Of a stretch of 64,000 nt of DNA, positions 1 through 14,116 are shown in pieces (positions within the stretch are counted from its first letter, which is position 1; each line of letters starts with the position of its first letter). This stretch comes from Azolla caroliniana (lineage: Eukaryota; Plantae; Polypodiophyta). Location: the NCBI GenBank assembly GCA_043228905.1, contig JBHGNT010000008.1:18786001-18850000 (forward strand). Reading direction: 5' to 3'. Made by a program: the position numbers and the translations under genes. The notes below the pieces were generated by a model. That model worked only from the letters and a program-made list of their open reading frames with translations. It was not told the DNA's origin and ran no database searches.

Positions 1-3000
1 CCCAGCATGTTTCATGGCAGATATTTACAGAAGAATTAAAAATGTTTACAAATAATCAAGCTAATGGATCCATAGTTCAAACCATGTTTGCAGAGATAAT
101 AAGCTGAAGGTGTTTTCTCAAAACATCAAATGTACAGCCACCATCACTTATAAGGGAAACAACTTGGACTTCCTTTTCGATCCTCAAAGAAAAGCTTTCA
201 CTATGATTAAAGACCTTCATTTTCTCAAATGATAAACTGCATACTTTAATAATATTATCAAGAAGTAGTAGAAGCTTCTCCGGTATACACGTTGAATTGT
301 ATGCCCTCTGATAGATGCTGCAAACGTTTTCATGTACAAACTGCCAAATAGAACAACATCCCAGGTTATACCTCACTTGTATTAGATAGAAATAAAATAA
401 GCATTAATTCTAGCCTTGTGCACCATCATCAAGTGTGAAAGACTCTTCTGATTGAGCAATCCAAGAGCGAGCATCTTTGCCCACTTATCTGCCTCTTGTG
501 CCCATGCTTTGACTTCTTCATCTGTCATGATTATATCTATTCCATATCCTGATGGCTTTATTATGGAATTAGCTATCTCATAGAGTCCATTTGAAATCCA
601 GCTCTGAAAATCAATTGAAGTGGAAGAGAAACCCGACCTAATCCAATACCATACATGCCCATGTAGCATTCCTGCAATCAATGTTTCACGCAGTTTTTGT
701 AATTTGTCATTGGTACATTAAGGCTTCTGATAGTGGACTAGTATTAAACCTCTAAAGGATCACCAATGCAAATGTTTACAACATCCCACATTCACCAAAC
801 ACCCAAAATGTTAACATCTCTATGCTAAATTAACAACTGAAACAGTTTCATTCACAGCTATAATCTTTAAAGTTGAAGAAACTACACATAAGGTTGGCAG
901 ACTCAATAAATATCAAGTGATGGATGTTTCCAATTCAGCCAATGAAATCGAAACTATCCAGAATTTTCCAAACCCTCTTCATTTGGTCTTTCAGCCCATG
1001 AAGGTTCAGACCAACAATATACTCACAAAAGTTAGGTGGGTTTATGCAGCTTGTGGGTAATAATCACAAGATGGATCAGAAAAATGTCAAAAAACTACAT
1101 AAATCAAATTATCACCTCACAGATTTTCAAACCTTCTTCGAGATATGGCGAAGCGATGGTTTTCCAAATCCCATAAAAATATTAAATATTCACAACTAAA
1201 GGCAAAGAATATAAAAGAGTGAATAATACGTAGTACCTCCATAGCTAATAAATTCATGTGGAAATAATCCTAAGAACCAGAAAATTTTGCAAAAAGGAAC
1301 TTCAGAAAGTACAACGAGGACGCTTGCAGCTCTCAGCAAATGATAGCAAACTGCATAAATAATCAAGAAGTGGCCTTAAGCACAAGTACACTGTATGAAG
1401 CTAAATTATTCAATTATAAATGGTTCTTACACTCCTCTATAAAGCTGAAGATAATTTTCAAAAGTTAGAAATCAAACCTTTCACACGGTATAAAGGATTG
1501 AAATGTTTCTTGCTATCCTCAACAAGAGGACCCAAACTATCAAGAACCTCTGTAGCTCTCATTCCGTTAGATTTCGAGGCCTCAGTACTTGCACCATCAC
1601 AACAGGAGTCCGCCAACCATGTGCTTCTTGGAGACAAGAAATTATTATCATCTATTGCAGTATATTCACCTGGGGATGAAGCAGCTTCAAGGCACATAAT
1701 AAGTGTCATGAAACCTGGTCTACATAATAGTCTTGATGAAAGTTCATGGGCCATTCTAATGACAAAATCCACGCGGTCCCTGAGAAACACAAAAACCATA
1801 CTTACATACAGCACGCATGAAAGCATGTTCATGTAATATAAGGTTTGCTTTATAAACTCTCTTAAACTTCTAATGCACTTATGAAAAGGACTGAGCATAA
1901 AAAAGATACGAATTGCATGTTATATTAATAGCAAAAAGAAAGCTTAATGTCATTTACAAAAAAAATGTAAGAAAGATATATTAACGACTACTAGAGGCCA
2001 AAATTGGGATGTGAGACAAATCACTAAATATTGGTGAATACATGTTATCCATACTGAAACAAAAGCTCTACATTTCGGAAAGATCTATGATAATGATCTT
2101 ACGAGGATGTGATATAACGATTTTGGAGATGGCTTACAAAGATGAAGTCCATAGTTAATATGTATGGGTTGAGTAGCAGTGAGATGACATCGCATTCAAG
2201 GATGGTGCAGGGGAGTGAGGCTATGACACCAAGTACATTTGGGTGTCCTTGTGCAGATCAGACATGGCGAGCAATGAACTCTTATGTTCTAGGGATCGTA
2301 TGGCCCGTATGTCTTGTATCCCAGTCCTCATGGTCTCTATTGTTGTCGGAACTCCCCTACATCCACTATTGTGACTTCTCAGCATTCTGTCAGTGGACAT
2401 GTGGGCCTATCGAAGAAGCCAATGATGCACGAATGCCTTTGCATTGTTGTGCACTAACATACAGGTCGATTCCCTATGCTTATGAAGCTCAACCAAGATT
2501 TGGCCAAACTGTTGCTTACATCTATTTCAACCTGCTTTTACAATTCCTCAGGGAATGTACCCTTACATCTATTTATATTCATATGAAGAGGTTTCTAACA
2601 TGCATCACCATATCATTAAAACTAGAAAGAGCACTACATGAAAAGATAAGTGATACTAAGGTTCTCAATTGATCACTCTTCTCATCAAACCCCAGGCTCG
2701 AAACTGGGTTCTTTTGAACCCAGAAACAATAACAAAAGGAAGTTTACCGTGTTTCCAAAGATGAGCTGTAAATCTGGAAAAATTTAGCTGCTGACTTGGC
2801 CACTTCTGAAGAATAAATGCCCTTTAGACCTGAGCATCATCCATTCCAGTAAGAAATGCTGACTATTACAGTCAATAATACAACATCAGGAAGAAAATAC
2901 AAGACTCGTTCCAGCGATAGAGCAAAAGACTCATGTTCCATATACAGTTTCTCTAGTCAATTTTTTGTTTGACAGAACAAGTATGAGGAAGGCTGGTAAA

Positions 3001-6000
3001 ACATTTGTCAAATGATTTACCAAAATCTTTGTGATGTATAGGATCATTGAAAGTTGACAATAATGGTCCTAAGACAAAGCTCTCAGGGATAGTGACAGCA
3101 AGGTTTTCTGCTTTTCCCCATTCAAGATGCATATATGACTGTAAAATCAGCCGCCTCACTGTCACCAATTTCATGGGGAAAGCATTGTCAGATATGTGCA
3201 AATAAAGATACAAAGACACCTAACAATGAGTTCCTTCAAACAGATTACCTTGTGGATTATCATGTTTGAACCCTCGTTCCCAGAGAGCAGTAATCCACCA
3301 TATGCTTGTATCTAAATCTTGGAAGTGATACTTTCCCTGAGGTTGCTTAGGCTCATTTGAAATTGGATCTTCACAATCTTTCCCATGCAAACCAGGCAGA
3401 AGCAGCGTTATCTGTTAAAAAGACTACTTCAAACACGAGCAAAACGAAGACACACAATATAAGTATACATAGAGATCTTTTTCAAGGTTCATGATCCATT
3501 GGAAGTAATTTCTCGAGTTGGAACATATAAGCAGTGCAGTTGAAAAAAAATATTATTACCTTGCTATGAAAACTAAGACAACAAAAAGAAAGAATTCCCA
3601 AGAGCATCAGGTTGCACCTGATGTTTCCAAGCTGCCTCAACAAGATGTGTTCCATATTCTTCTAACATGTCATATAGAAGCATAAAAGCCTTCCAGCGTT
3701 CCATCTCGCATTGCCATACTCCTAATGATCTTGCTTCTATATCTGCATATCTGTCTCGTCTTGTTGATGAGTTTAATGAGTTATTTTTCATTCCATTCAA
3801 ATTTATGGAATCCTGCTTCTCAGAAACCAATGTTTCTTTCAGAGCTTGCTGAAGAATATGCAATGCACGCTTTCTAATCAGAGGTTCTTCATCCACCTAG
3901 ATGTCATAAGCAAAAAAATGTATTAAGGAAAAATAATAACATGTAGTTGGAAGAATCGTATACAACTAAGCTTACCAGTCCAGATTTTACAATGTCCCAA
4001 AGCTCCCCATCATTCCAAATATGGGAAAGACTTGTCTGACCGGTTTTCTCCTCAGATAGTGGATGAAAAAGAAGCTCTGCAGAAAAGTCTAGAATAAAAT
4101 ATAGGTCTTGCTTTTGCAAAGAGTCTTGAGAAAATAAAAGCCTCAAGGTCTCTAATAATTCCTTTTGTAATGGGTTCCTGTCATTAGATATAATGTAGTC
4201 ACATTAATAATCCAACTCTCTAATTGCATTGCTATATGGGCTCTCTGAACACTGGAAAAGAGATAGAGGATCACCAGATATCTGGATTTTAATCTTACAC
4301 TAATCCCTTCATGGTGCTTGGACTCAGCCTTTGAATAGCTCTCAAAAGTGAAGGTAATAACAACTTGATAGCATACTCTCTTTTAGTATCTTCATTTGCT
4401 TGTGAAATGGCTGTCAACATGGGATGAAAAAATAGTGTAACAACATTTGCACAGAACATTTCTCCTGAGCTTGTAGCAACTCCTTCATTTGACGAGTTTA
4501 CATTTGTGTTACTTGATGCTTTCGACAGAAGAACAAAAACAATCTGACAAGCTACATGGTAATCTAATGGTTCCTTGACACATGGCTGGTATTCCTCCCC
4601 GGGTTTCGAGGAAAGATTTTCTTGATTATGCATCCCAGCCATAGGAAAATTAACTTTGGAATCTTCTGCCCTCCATAGCAATGGTTCCACTGATCTCAAA
4701 AGATAGGGAACTAATGATAATTCTGCATATTCCCATGCATTCTTTGTGATAATTAGGTCTGCTATCATTTCAGCAACCTAACCCAAAAGAAAAAGTGCAA
4801 GCACTCAAATTCAGCTAAGGTACACACTGCAATAATAAAATACAATGCTTAACAGAAACTTACAATATTCTGAAACCCTGCTGCTTTAAGATCTGATTTC
4901 TGCAATAGGGGTACACATACCCCCCAAATGATTCTATGAAGTAACTGAACACAGTCTTCTGTTACATTCCAAACAAAAGCATCCAATAAGTTAAGACATT
5001 AAGTTATAACAGTAAGGAAACCCATCCTGGCCAGTCCTGTGCATTTAGAAAGTGCTGTGTTCAACGGACATACAAGAAGGCATACATCAAGAGTTATCGT
5101 GGAAGCAGTGTCAGAACTCCACTATAAGGATGAAATAGAATGGCAATTCCACCTATATAACACTGAGATTTTGACTACATGACAAGAGAGGAATCCAAAT
5201 AGAGTGGACTACTTTTCTTTCCTCCCTTTTTTCTCTCTCTTTCTTTTCGTAAAACAGGGCATTATCTTAACAGTACAAAAAACCACCATGATTTCCAAGT
5301 GGCTCACTTCGGATGGGTTTACATAAATAATATACACCCATCTACATTGCAATCCCAGCTTAAGGCTGACACTAGAGAGCGCCATTGTTTTATGCCAATA
5401 TTAGCAATTCTAACACTTGATTCAATCTTATAGAGCATTATGCAGTTATTCAAGAAAATTAATCTCTCACTAGATAATAAGTAGCACCACTTCTGGGAAT
5501 TTCGAGCACAACTTACCAATAGAATTAAATGCATACAATATCGCTTGCATCACAGCACTCCAAAAATTATCTTGTGCTTCTATGTTGTTGTTTGTTTCCT
5601 CAATGAAGACCTACCATAGCCAAAACAAGGTGTTATATCATAATAAAGATTGTAAAATGCAACTCAACTGTAAACTCCCACCCAGCATTTAGGAAAGCCT
5701 CTAGTTATAGCTTTGTAATACTTCTTTTCATGTCTTGAAGCTTCACTTATTCTAGTTTTACCCTTAATAGCATAGAAATAATAGGAAGACCTACTCTAGA
5801 TTCTATAGACAGAGGTTTAAATATGGATTCCTTGGTCACATCAACTCCTTTCGTTTGGAGATATCAATTCTCTTCTACTTCTTTTATGTTTTTTGCTTTA
5901 ACATCTTCCCAACTACATTTGTTAGCAGTAGAGAGATAGAATGAGAGTTCCAGTCTGTAGAAGGGATATACTTTTAAGAGCCTAAAATTGACAGTGAGAC

Positions 6001-9000
6001 CAAAAGAGAGATTGCATCTTAAAACGCTATCTCATTTTTTAGAACAAACCAAAATAAGTAAATATGACCACATATAAGATGCCAAGGAGTCTCATAAGCT
6101 ATGCACTTCAGATGTTGGACTTAGATAGACTGAAACTTTTGATTTTAAATATCTCCAAGATGGAGAGGTCTTTGGAGGGAGGGAGGGAAGCACATGTGGT
6201 GCCAGTTGATAATATCGTTTACCTTTTGATGACAAAAAAGTGACAAAGCCATGGTCCAAATTGGTCAAGCCCTATGTGCACGACAACTGCTATTGCCTAA
6301 TCTAATGTAACCCCCTATCATATGTTCTGGTTACGAATGTTCTCATGGTTCTTTATTGATCAGTTGTTGTGGTTGTATCATTGTCGTACAACTCTCCATA
6401 TTTCTTCAATTCTAGCAAGAAATACCCCAAGCCCAATTGGCCTTTCTATTCCATTATCTTGCATAGTGGACCCAAGCTTAGATTGAAGAGGCAATAGTAT
6501 CTCCCTCTAAAAGTAGTTGGGGTTATTGAAAAATGAGAAAAAAACATTTATTCTCAAGAATATACATATGTGTCACAACAGAAGAGAGAAAACACAGAGA
6601 TCACTTTTTACATGAGGAGAAGGTCCCTCTTAAAGGTCAAGATCTGGTCGTTGGGATAACTAGCTGTTGGGGCTAGCTAGCTGTTGGGCTAGCCATTTGG
6701 CTATAACTTTAATCATTCTCAACACCGCCCCTCAAGATGGGCGAAAGATATCCACTAAGCCCATCTTGTCACACAATCTAGAAAGACTTACTGGCCCAAG
6801 TCCCTTTGTAAGACAATCTGCTACTTGATCTTCAGTAGAAACATGACTCAATTTTAATATTCCACTATCAAGTTTCTCCTTGATAAAGAATCTGTTGATT
6901 TCAATGTGCTTGGTCCTATCATGTTGTACTAGATTGTTGGCAATGCTGATTGCTGACTTATTGTCACACCACAGCTTCATCTGATTTTCTTGATTCATGT
7001 TTAGTTCTACTAGGAGAGTTCTCAGCCACAAAATCTCTGCAACTCCTACAGCAATAGCTCTATACTCTGCTTCTGTTGTTGACCTTGATATTACCAACAG
7101 TTTCTTACTCTTCCAAGAGACCAGATTGCCCCCCACATACATGCAGAATCCTGATGTGGATTTCCCATCATCAGCACAACTAGCCCAATCAGAATCACAA
7201 TAGCCCTCAATGTTAAAATGACCATGTTTTCTAAAGATCAATCCCTTCCTTGGGCTACCTTTGAGATATCTCAGAATCTGGTACACTGCATCCATATGAT
7301 CTTTCCTCAGATCATGCATGTAGCGATTTACCACACTTACTGCAAATGAAATATCTGGACGAGTGTGAGTCAAATAAATGAGCCGACCTACCAATCTTTG
7401 ATGCCTTACACGATCAACTTTCTCTCCTGCAAGTTCAGTTAACTTGATCTTTGGGTCAATTGGAGAAGCTATAGGCCTACAACCCAACATTCCAGTTTTT
7501 GTGAGATCTAATACATATTTTCGCTGAGATAGAACAACTCCTTCTTGTGTGGAATAGCGCTCGGCCTCTACCGAGTCTTAAACACTCAGTGGAAGAAAGC
7601 AAGAAATAGAAATGAAATTAATGCACTTGCACAATATGAGATGATACCAGATGTTTACGTGGAAACCCCTAATAGGGAAAAAACCACGGGAGCCCACAGA
7701 CTCCAACTATCACTATAGGAAGAGGATACCAAGCGAGACTCGGAGGCAATGACCTCGAGCTCTATGTCTTCGCCAACCGGCAGTAACTACAGAAAAGCTT
7801 TCTGTATCACACACACACTCTCTCTCTCTCTCTCTCTCTGTCTTTACAACAGTAATAATAACAACTCTTCCAAAAAAAAACCACATAAGTGATTTCCCTA
7901 AGTCATATTTATACTTATGTGACTTTAGGACTATTTACAAATATGGCCATGACAAGCCCTCTAGAAACATATTTACAGATATGTCCCTAGATCTGGTTCA
8001 CACCGGGTTCATCCGGATATCGTCTGGATCCGTCCAATCCGGCTCCTTTCTTCCGCTTGTCTGATCCGGCTCCTCCGGATCCCATCCGGAGGGACCGAAT
8101 TCCCAACACTTCTGCCCCACGAGCTACCTCAATTCCAAGAAAGTATCGTGGCAACCGTAGATCCTTCACCTCAAACTCTTTACCCAATCACACCTTCAAT
8201 TGTGCAATTTCTCCTTCATTGTTACCCGTGATAACTATATCATCCACATACACAGCAAGTAATGTAGTATGCTCCTTGTGTTGTCGGATAAACACTGTAT
8301 GGTCCGCATTGATCTGTTGGTATCCCATACCCACCATAGCCCTTCTTAACCTGTCGAACCAGGCTCGAGGAGATTGCTTCAATCCATAAAGCGATTTCCT
8401 TAGTCTGCAAACCATGCCTACTGTTTGAATTGTACCAAAACCTAGGGGGATATCCATGTACACTTCATCAACTCTCCATGAAGGAATGCATTTTTTTACT
8501 TCTAATTCATGTAATTTCCGATCCTTATTCATTGCTAAGGAAATAAGCGTTCTAACAATGCTCATCTTTGCTACATGTGCAAAAGTCTAATCGTAATCAA
8601 TGCCATATGGCTGACTATATCCCTTAGCCACTAATCTTGCCTTGTGACAATCTGCCCTTTGGGATCTGTTTTATTGTAAACACCCATTTGCATCCAATCG
8701 CCTTCTTTCCTGGTGGTAGTGATACAATCTCCCAAGAGCTCCAAGTTCTTCTTGCATAGCTACTTTCCACTTTGGATCTTCTTTAGCAACCTGCCAGCAC
8801 TTGGGTAAAGTGACAGAGTCTAATGATGCAATGAATGCTCTATGTGTAGCTGATATGTTAGAATAAGAGTTAAACTGAGCAATATCATGAGGAAAACCAT
8901 AACGATCAGGAGGGACTCCTGCACTACTGCGAGAGGTCCTCCTAACCATTATAGGAGAAGGAGAGGAAGTCATATCACTGGTGATTTCTGGGTTTGGGAG

Positions 9001-11455
9001 TTCTATAGGTATTTCAAAAGTCGAGGCAAGCCGGGACATGGGACTTGATGGCACAAGTGGCACTACAAACTTGGTCATATTTCCTCCCTTCTGCCTCTGC
9101 CTCCAGGTATACACCTTTGACGATCAGTGTTCCTCAGCCCTATTGACATCATTCTTGACCCTTTCAAAAACAATAGAATGATAAACATAGTGTTCTTCCG
9201 ATTCCACCCCCCAATCTTCAACTGATGTGAAAAGGCTCTAAGGTGCCTAAACCTTAGTTTGAAGAGTTAGAGAATCTCCCTCTTATTTCATACAAAACAA
9301 CACAATTGCAAACACATTGTTCTTTCAATTCTATCCCCTAAGAGCACGATTGGCAAATCCTTTCTTCCATAGATTTGCATACATATCTGCTTATCTTAAT
9401 GTCTAACTGGCGTGAAGAGCTCTTGAGGTGCTCTATCACAGTACGGAGTGCATGAGATACACATGTATCCATATAAGAAGGCTTAATGACACACATCTTG
9501 TGATGTGTGTAAAATGAGTGCCTTATAATGGACCGTCTTCATACTAAGATGTTCTTTCAATATCCAATTTAATGATAACAATTCAGATCACTCCATTTTT
9601 CCACTTCGATCATATTAAAGTGAGAAAATTCCAACCTATATTGGAACCGGGGTAGTGCATTTATATTTATGCCATGTGATTGAAACCATCTTGCATTTCA
9701 GCAAACCAACAATGATTATCTCCATGTTCAAGCACTAGTTTTGAAGACATACGTAGCGCATCCTTGAGAGCATTTATTTTAGGGCTCCCAAAGTCTTTTG
9801 AAACCAAACATTGATTACAATTTTTTATAATAACTCGCCAATGTGATAAATAAAGGCTTGAAAGAAGTAGTAAAGAGATGAGACCAACATCAATAAAAGC
9901 ATAATGCTTCTTAATGCATAACAAAGAAAGTGCAACGTGTGATATGAATGAAAAGGATAGGAAGAATTTGGGTAGATAAGTCATAGGAAAAGAGTTTTAT
10001 TTTTATATTGCTTTCTTGAATGTCATTTTTAGCATCGTCTTCTGCTTATTCATTCAAGTTTTCCACGTTTTTCTAAACAATTTGAAGTTGAAATATGTAG
10101 CGGCAAAGATTACAGCTGCTCATGTGAGAGATTGAAGAATAGCTAAGTCAAGATATAAGGGTGGTGGTTTTCTTTTGTTTCTCTATTCCGACTCTTATAT
10201 TTTATTTGTAATATCTGGATACTTCTCGACCAATGGAGGTTTATAATTTGATTCATGCTATCGCACCCTCATGATTGACAAGAATAATAGCTATGGCTTG
10301 AGAGAATAAAAAGTTTACCAATGCTTGATAGTAAAAGAAGAAAATCTATAACAAGATATGTCGCTGTAAAGAGCTGGAAATCAGGGTCATGGGAGAAAAC
10401 AAAAATGTTGAAAAAAATATTTCGCAACCACAAGTAGTGAGGGATGGAGTTCAGGGCATGAAGAGAGAATAAATGAAAAGAAAACCTGCAAAAAGGCGTG
10501 GTAGTGATGAGCTGAAATTGGAGTCTAGTAAGAAATCAGAAGAAATGGAAAGAGAACAGCGACAAGTAATAAAGCGCTGAGATTGGAGACACAGGATGGC
10601 ATCAATAGAGAAACAAAATGCACAAAGACGGAAACATAATTTGCAACAAAGCAGCACCAAGTATATTCACAGAAGATATAGAGGGAAAAGAAAACAAAAG
10701 AACGTGACAAAAAATTGCAGTAAGAATAGCAATGCGCTAAACCCAAGAATGTGGTAGACAAAAAGGTGAAGAAAATCTGAAATTTTGCAACAGTACATAG
10801 TTAAAAAGAGTTCAAATAGGAATGACAGGGACCATAAAAGCAAGAAGAATCAGAAGACAACAGAAGATAGTAAGGAAAAAGGCTTCATTAGGGTTGAGAG
10901 CTACATACCTGAAAAGAGAATGAGTGAGATGAAGGTGAAAACAGAAGAAGGAAAAGACAGTTGCTTGGACGCAATATATAAAGGTTGAAGAAAGACATTG
11001 GAGTAAAGATAATTATGGATGGAGAGGAAAAACAAAAAAACTGATGGTGATTTAAAGGAGAATCGCTTGATTCATATACCTGCGAAGAGATGAAAATAGA
11101 CAAGAAAATACGAAAAATAAATAAATTTCGAAACCGGACTGGAGAATTAGTGCATGAAAGTGCAGAAGAAGAAGAAGAAGAAGAAGAAAGATGAAAGTGG
11201 AGGAGGAGGAGAAGACGGAAGAAACTGGGGGAAATTAACAAAGAAAATGGTGAAAGGAAGAGAAGATAAGAGGAAAAGCTTAGATTAGAAAGAGCATACC
11301 TGATGAGGGGAGGAGGTGAATCTGTCGAGGAGAGTGGAGACGAGGAGGTCGTGGGAGAAGCCATTGAGGAGGATGAAGGCATCGACTGCGTGAGGGATGG
11401 CGTCGCGAGGAACAACAGAGAGAGCTCTGAGCAACAGCTCCACTGAATCCACCAT
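1..11455 (-). CDS. TARBP1: TARBP1/TRM3-like tRNA (guanosine-2'-O)-methyltransferase, N-terminal multi-exon part; gene continues beyond window start
   Basis: Exon 1 is 11455-11300 (MVDSVELLLRALSVVPRDAIPHAVDAF..., then GTATG donor). Further exons at about 5121-5022, 4960-4864, 4777-4299, 4176-3974, 3896-3618, 3411-3250, 3218-2955 and 1850-1455, plus more downstream. The motif RWKAFMLLYDMLEEYGTHLVEAAWKHQ is recognised from the plant SpoU-family protein (At4g17610-like). The catalytic SpoU domain is not in the window and exon limits are approximate. Confidence 0.75.
6527..9200 (-). mobile_element. Truncated Ty1/copia element (RT-RNaseH plus 3' LTR ~6527-6724) in intron 1 of the TARBP1-like gene
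   Basis: SLYGLKQSPRAW, YVDD, GYCDSDWAS, RTKHIE and ADCLTK motifs, with frameshifts and stops. Purine tract GAGGGGCGG is followed by TGTTGAGAATG on the minus strand. Confidence 0.9.
7546..8108. mobile_element. Solo LTR inserted in copia RT
   Basis: Termini TGTGTGGAAT...ATTCCCAACA, with 5-bp TSD CTTCT (7541-7545 / 8109-8113). Removing it restores ARGAE|GVVLSQRKYVLDL. Confidence 0.9.
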
Positions 11456-11525
11456 CGCTAGCTAGGTAAAGCTAGGCTACACAACACAACAGAACTTCTG
11501 TCTTTCCTTCCTTCTCCACACTACT

Positions 11526-11900
11526 GTCTTTTCTTCCTTCTCTCTGTCTTCTTCTCTTTCTCTGTCTTCTCCTTCAAAAACCTCTGCGTTTTCTGTATTT
11601 CCCAAAATACCCTCCACACAAATTTCCCTTATTTTACAAAGCATACCCCCCCCCCCCCCCCTACAGTCTTCTTCTTTGTCTTCTCCTTCAAAAACCTCTG
11701 CGTTTTCTGTATTTCCCAAAATACCCTCCACACAAATTTCCTTTATTTTACAAAGCATTATCCCCCCCTCCCCCACCAAGAGTCTTCTTTCTTCTCTTTC
11801 TCTGTCTTCTCCTTCAAAAACCTTTGCGTTTTCTCTATTTCCCAAAATACCCTCCACACAAGTTTCCCTTGTTTTACAAATCATTACCCCCCCCCTACAC
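11526..11900. repeat. Three tandem ~110-125 bp units upstream of the TARBP1-like ATG
   Basis: TGTCTTCTCCTTCAAAAACCT...ATTTCCCAAAATACCCTCCACACAA... occurs three times, each unit ending in a C-run. Confidence 0.85.
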
Positions 11901-12164
11901 ACACATACATACACACACACCCCCAACAAACAGATATACATAGGAATAACAAAAAGAAAAAAACAAGGCAAGAAGGCGATGCCTTGATCCATCGCGAACA
12001 TGTTTAATCAAAAAAGAAGAAAGAAAGAAAGAAATAATAACGCCTTCTATGACCAAATTTGGCCCATTAGACAATCAATTTACAACAAAAATGGGGTATT
12101 TACTCATTCATCAAAAGTAAAAATAAAAATGGGGTATTTGCTCATTCAAAGAAACATGGCATAG

Positions 12165-12640
12165 ATTCGATCAGGCATCGCACGCATATATAATCGAGAA
12201 GGAGTCAATCGCATCGATGAATCGATTGGGCATCGCACAGATGTATAACTGAGAAGGAGTTGATGGCATTCAATCAATCAAGCATCACACATGTATAACT
12301 GAGGAGGAGTTGATTGCATTGATCGATCACACATTGCATGCATATATGTATGTATGTATGTATGTAATCGAGAAGGAGTTGATCACATCAATCCATCGCA
12401 CATTATATGCGTTATAATCGAGAAACATGTGATAAGAATCTATCAATCACCCATCACACGCAAAATAATCGAGAAACAAGTGGTATAAGTTGATCAATCG
12501 CACATTGCATGCATGATCATGAAACAAGTGATAAGAGCCTATCCTATATCGCATGTGGGATCGAGAAACAAGTGGTTGAGCTGATCCTACATCACTTGTG
12601 TAATTGAGAAATGCGTGATGGAGTTGATTGATTGATGATT
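12165..12640. repeat. Degenerate ~55-60 bp minisatellite (~8 units)
   Basis: Recurring ATCGCAC...TATAATCGAGAAGGAGTTGAT and ATCGAGAAACAAGTG motifs. Confidence 0.75.
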
Positions 12641-14116
12641 GGCACTATACAATTGACCACAAACAACATTACTTAAGAAAGGATGGGCACAAATCAATCG
12701 GCATGTACATGGCTTGTACTCAAGTAACATGCATATGCGCAATTGCTCAAGACTCCAGGGGTGGCCAATGGGGCATTTGAGGCGGAAATAAGCAAAACGT
12801 TGGGACATACATGGAAATAACTCGTTATCATTGTTTTATCGAAAGGAAGATGATTAATAAACTCAGAACTAACTCTTAACCAATTTGGCTCAATAACAAA
12901 CCGCAATTGAAGCAAAGTCGAAGCACCCCCAACAGACTTATAATCAAGGCATATATTAACATGCTATGTATCTCATCTAACACCCACAATAACACCAAAT
13001 CGAATCGAACAAATCATAATCAGCCTCAGTTAAGACCAAATCATCCCAAATAAAGGCCCCATCTACTCCTATTTGTCAACCCTTCAGTGCAGATTGGAAA
13101 GCCATTTATCAAGGAGAAGTTGATAGGGTATACATACCCAAACATCATGTCAACACTCTTATACATGACTTATAGCCTGACATTTTTTTAGATCAAATTG
13201 GTGGGGACACCCAATGTCACAAATTCCATATATATATATACCTGAAATCCTTTCACTTTGTGCTTTTTGGTACTACTCTTTACATCATGATATCCCCTTT
13301 TCATTGTTATTTCTAGTCTTCTCCACAATTAGAGATTTCCAAACCACACATGCAAGAGACCAAGGATGAAGGTGTAATTTCAAAAGTGGAGCTTTCAGGT
13401 AAAGCAACATATCATGAACATAATAAAGATATGTTAACACTTCTAAAACATTGTCAATTACACACTTTGCTCGATATGAAAGACTCGCTCAAAAGCATGA
13501 GACATGCAATCATATCACACCAGTTTAGGCGGTTGAATTCAGAAGGGGATGGATAGACGACCAGAAAAAATAGACAATAAGAGCAACATTGACTCTTACA
13601 CAGGAACAAAAGAAACACTGATGGTAAGGATATCTCAACAGACCATGGCTAGTAAGAATTAGTTCTCAACAGTGATCCAAGACCCAACAAGAAAATGCCA
13701 GAGATGGTTACAATTGCTTCTCAACAAAATTCTGAAATGAAACAATTTTTCAATTTAAGATAAAGATCGGTATCAAAGATATGAACCCGATGCTTCGCAT
13801 CATCATAATCATTTCAATAATTCCATCGCCAGAAAAAGAGGCATGTTTTTACAAATTTCCCACCTGGAAGCACTATCAGAGGAGCACATCAAACGTATTA
13901 TGTTTCCAAGCAATTCAAGAGACCTCAAAATTATGTAGTAGTGATGTTAACTCCTAAAATGAACCAAGATTCAGCATAAAGAGGTTCACCCATCTGAACC
14001 TTTTTACCAACTGAGGCTAGAGCAGGTTGTCAAACTTAGTAGATTGTTAGCATGTTAAAAGTGATTTCGCACAATCCAAAAGTTATCCATGTTATAGTCA
14101 GGTATATGTATATATC

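Noticed and set aside
2142-2672. 176-aa plus-strand ORF inside an intron
   Set aside because: No recognisable motifs; probably an eroded TE fragment.
10888-11415. 175-aa Ser/Leu/Phe-rich ORF
   Set aside because: It is an alternative frame of exon 1 running into a pyrimidine-rich intron.
11477-12001. 174-aa repetitive ORF
   Set aside because: It is a by-product of the tandem repeat and low-complexity sequence, with no domain signature.
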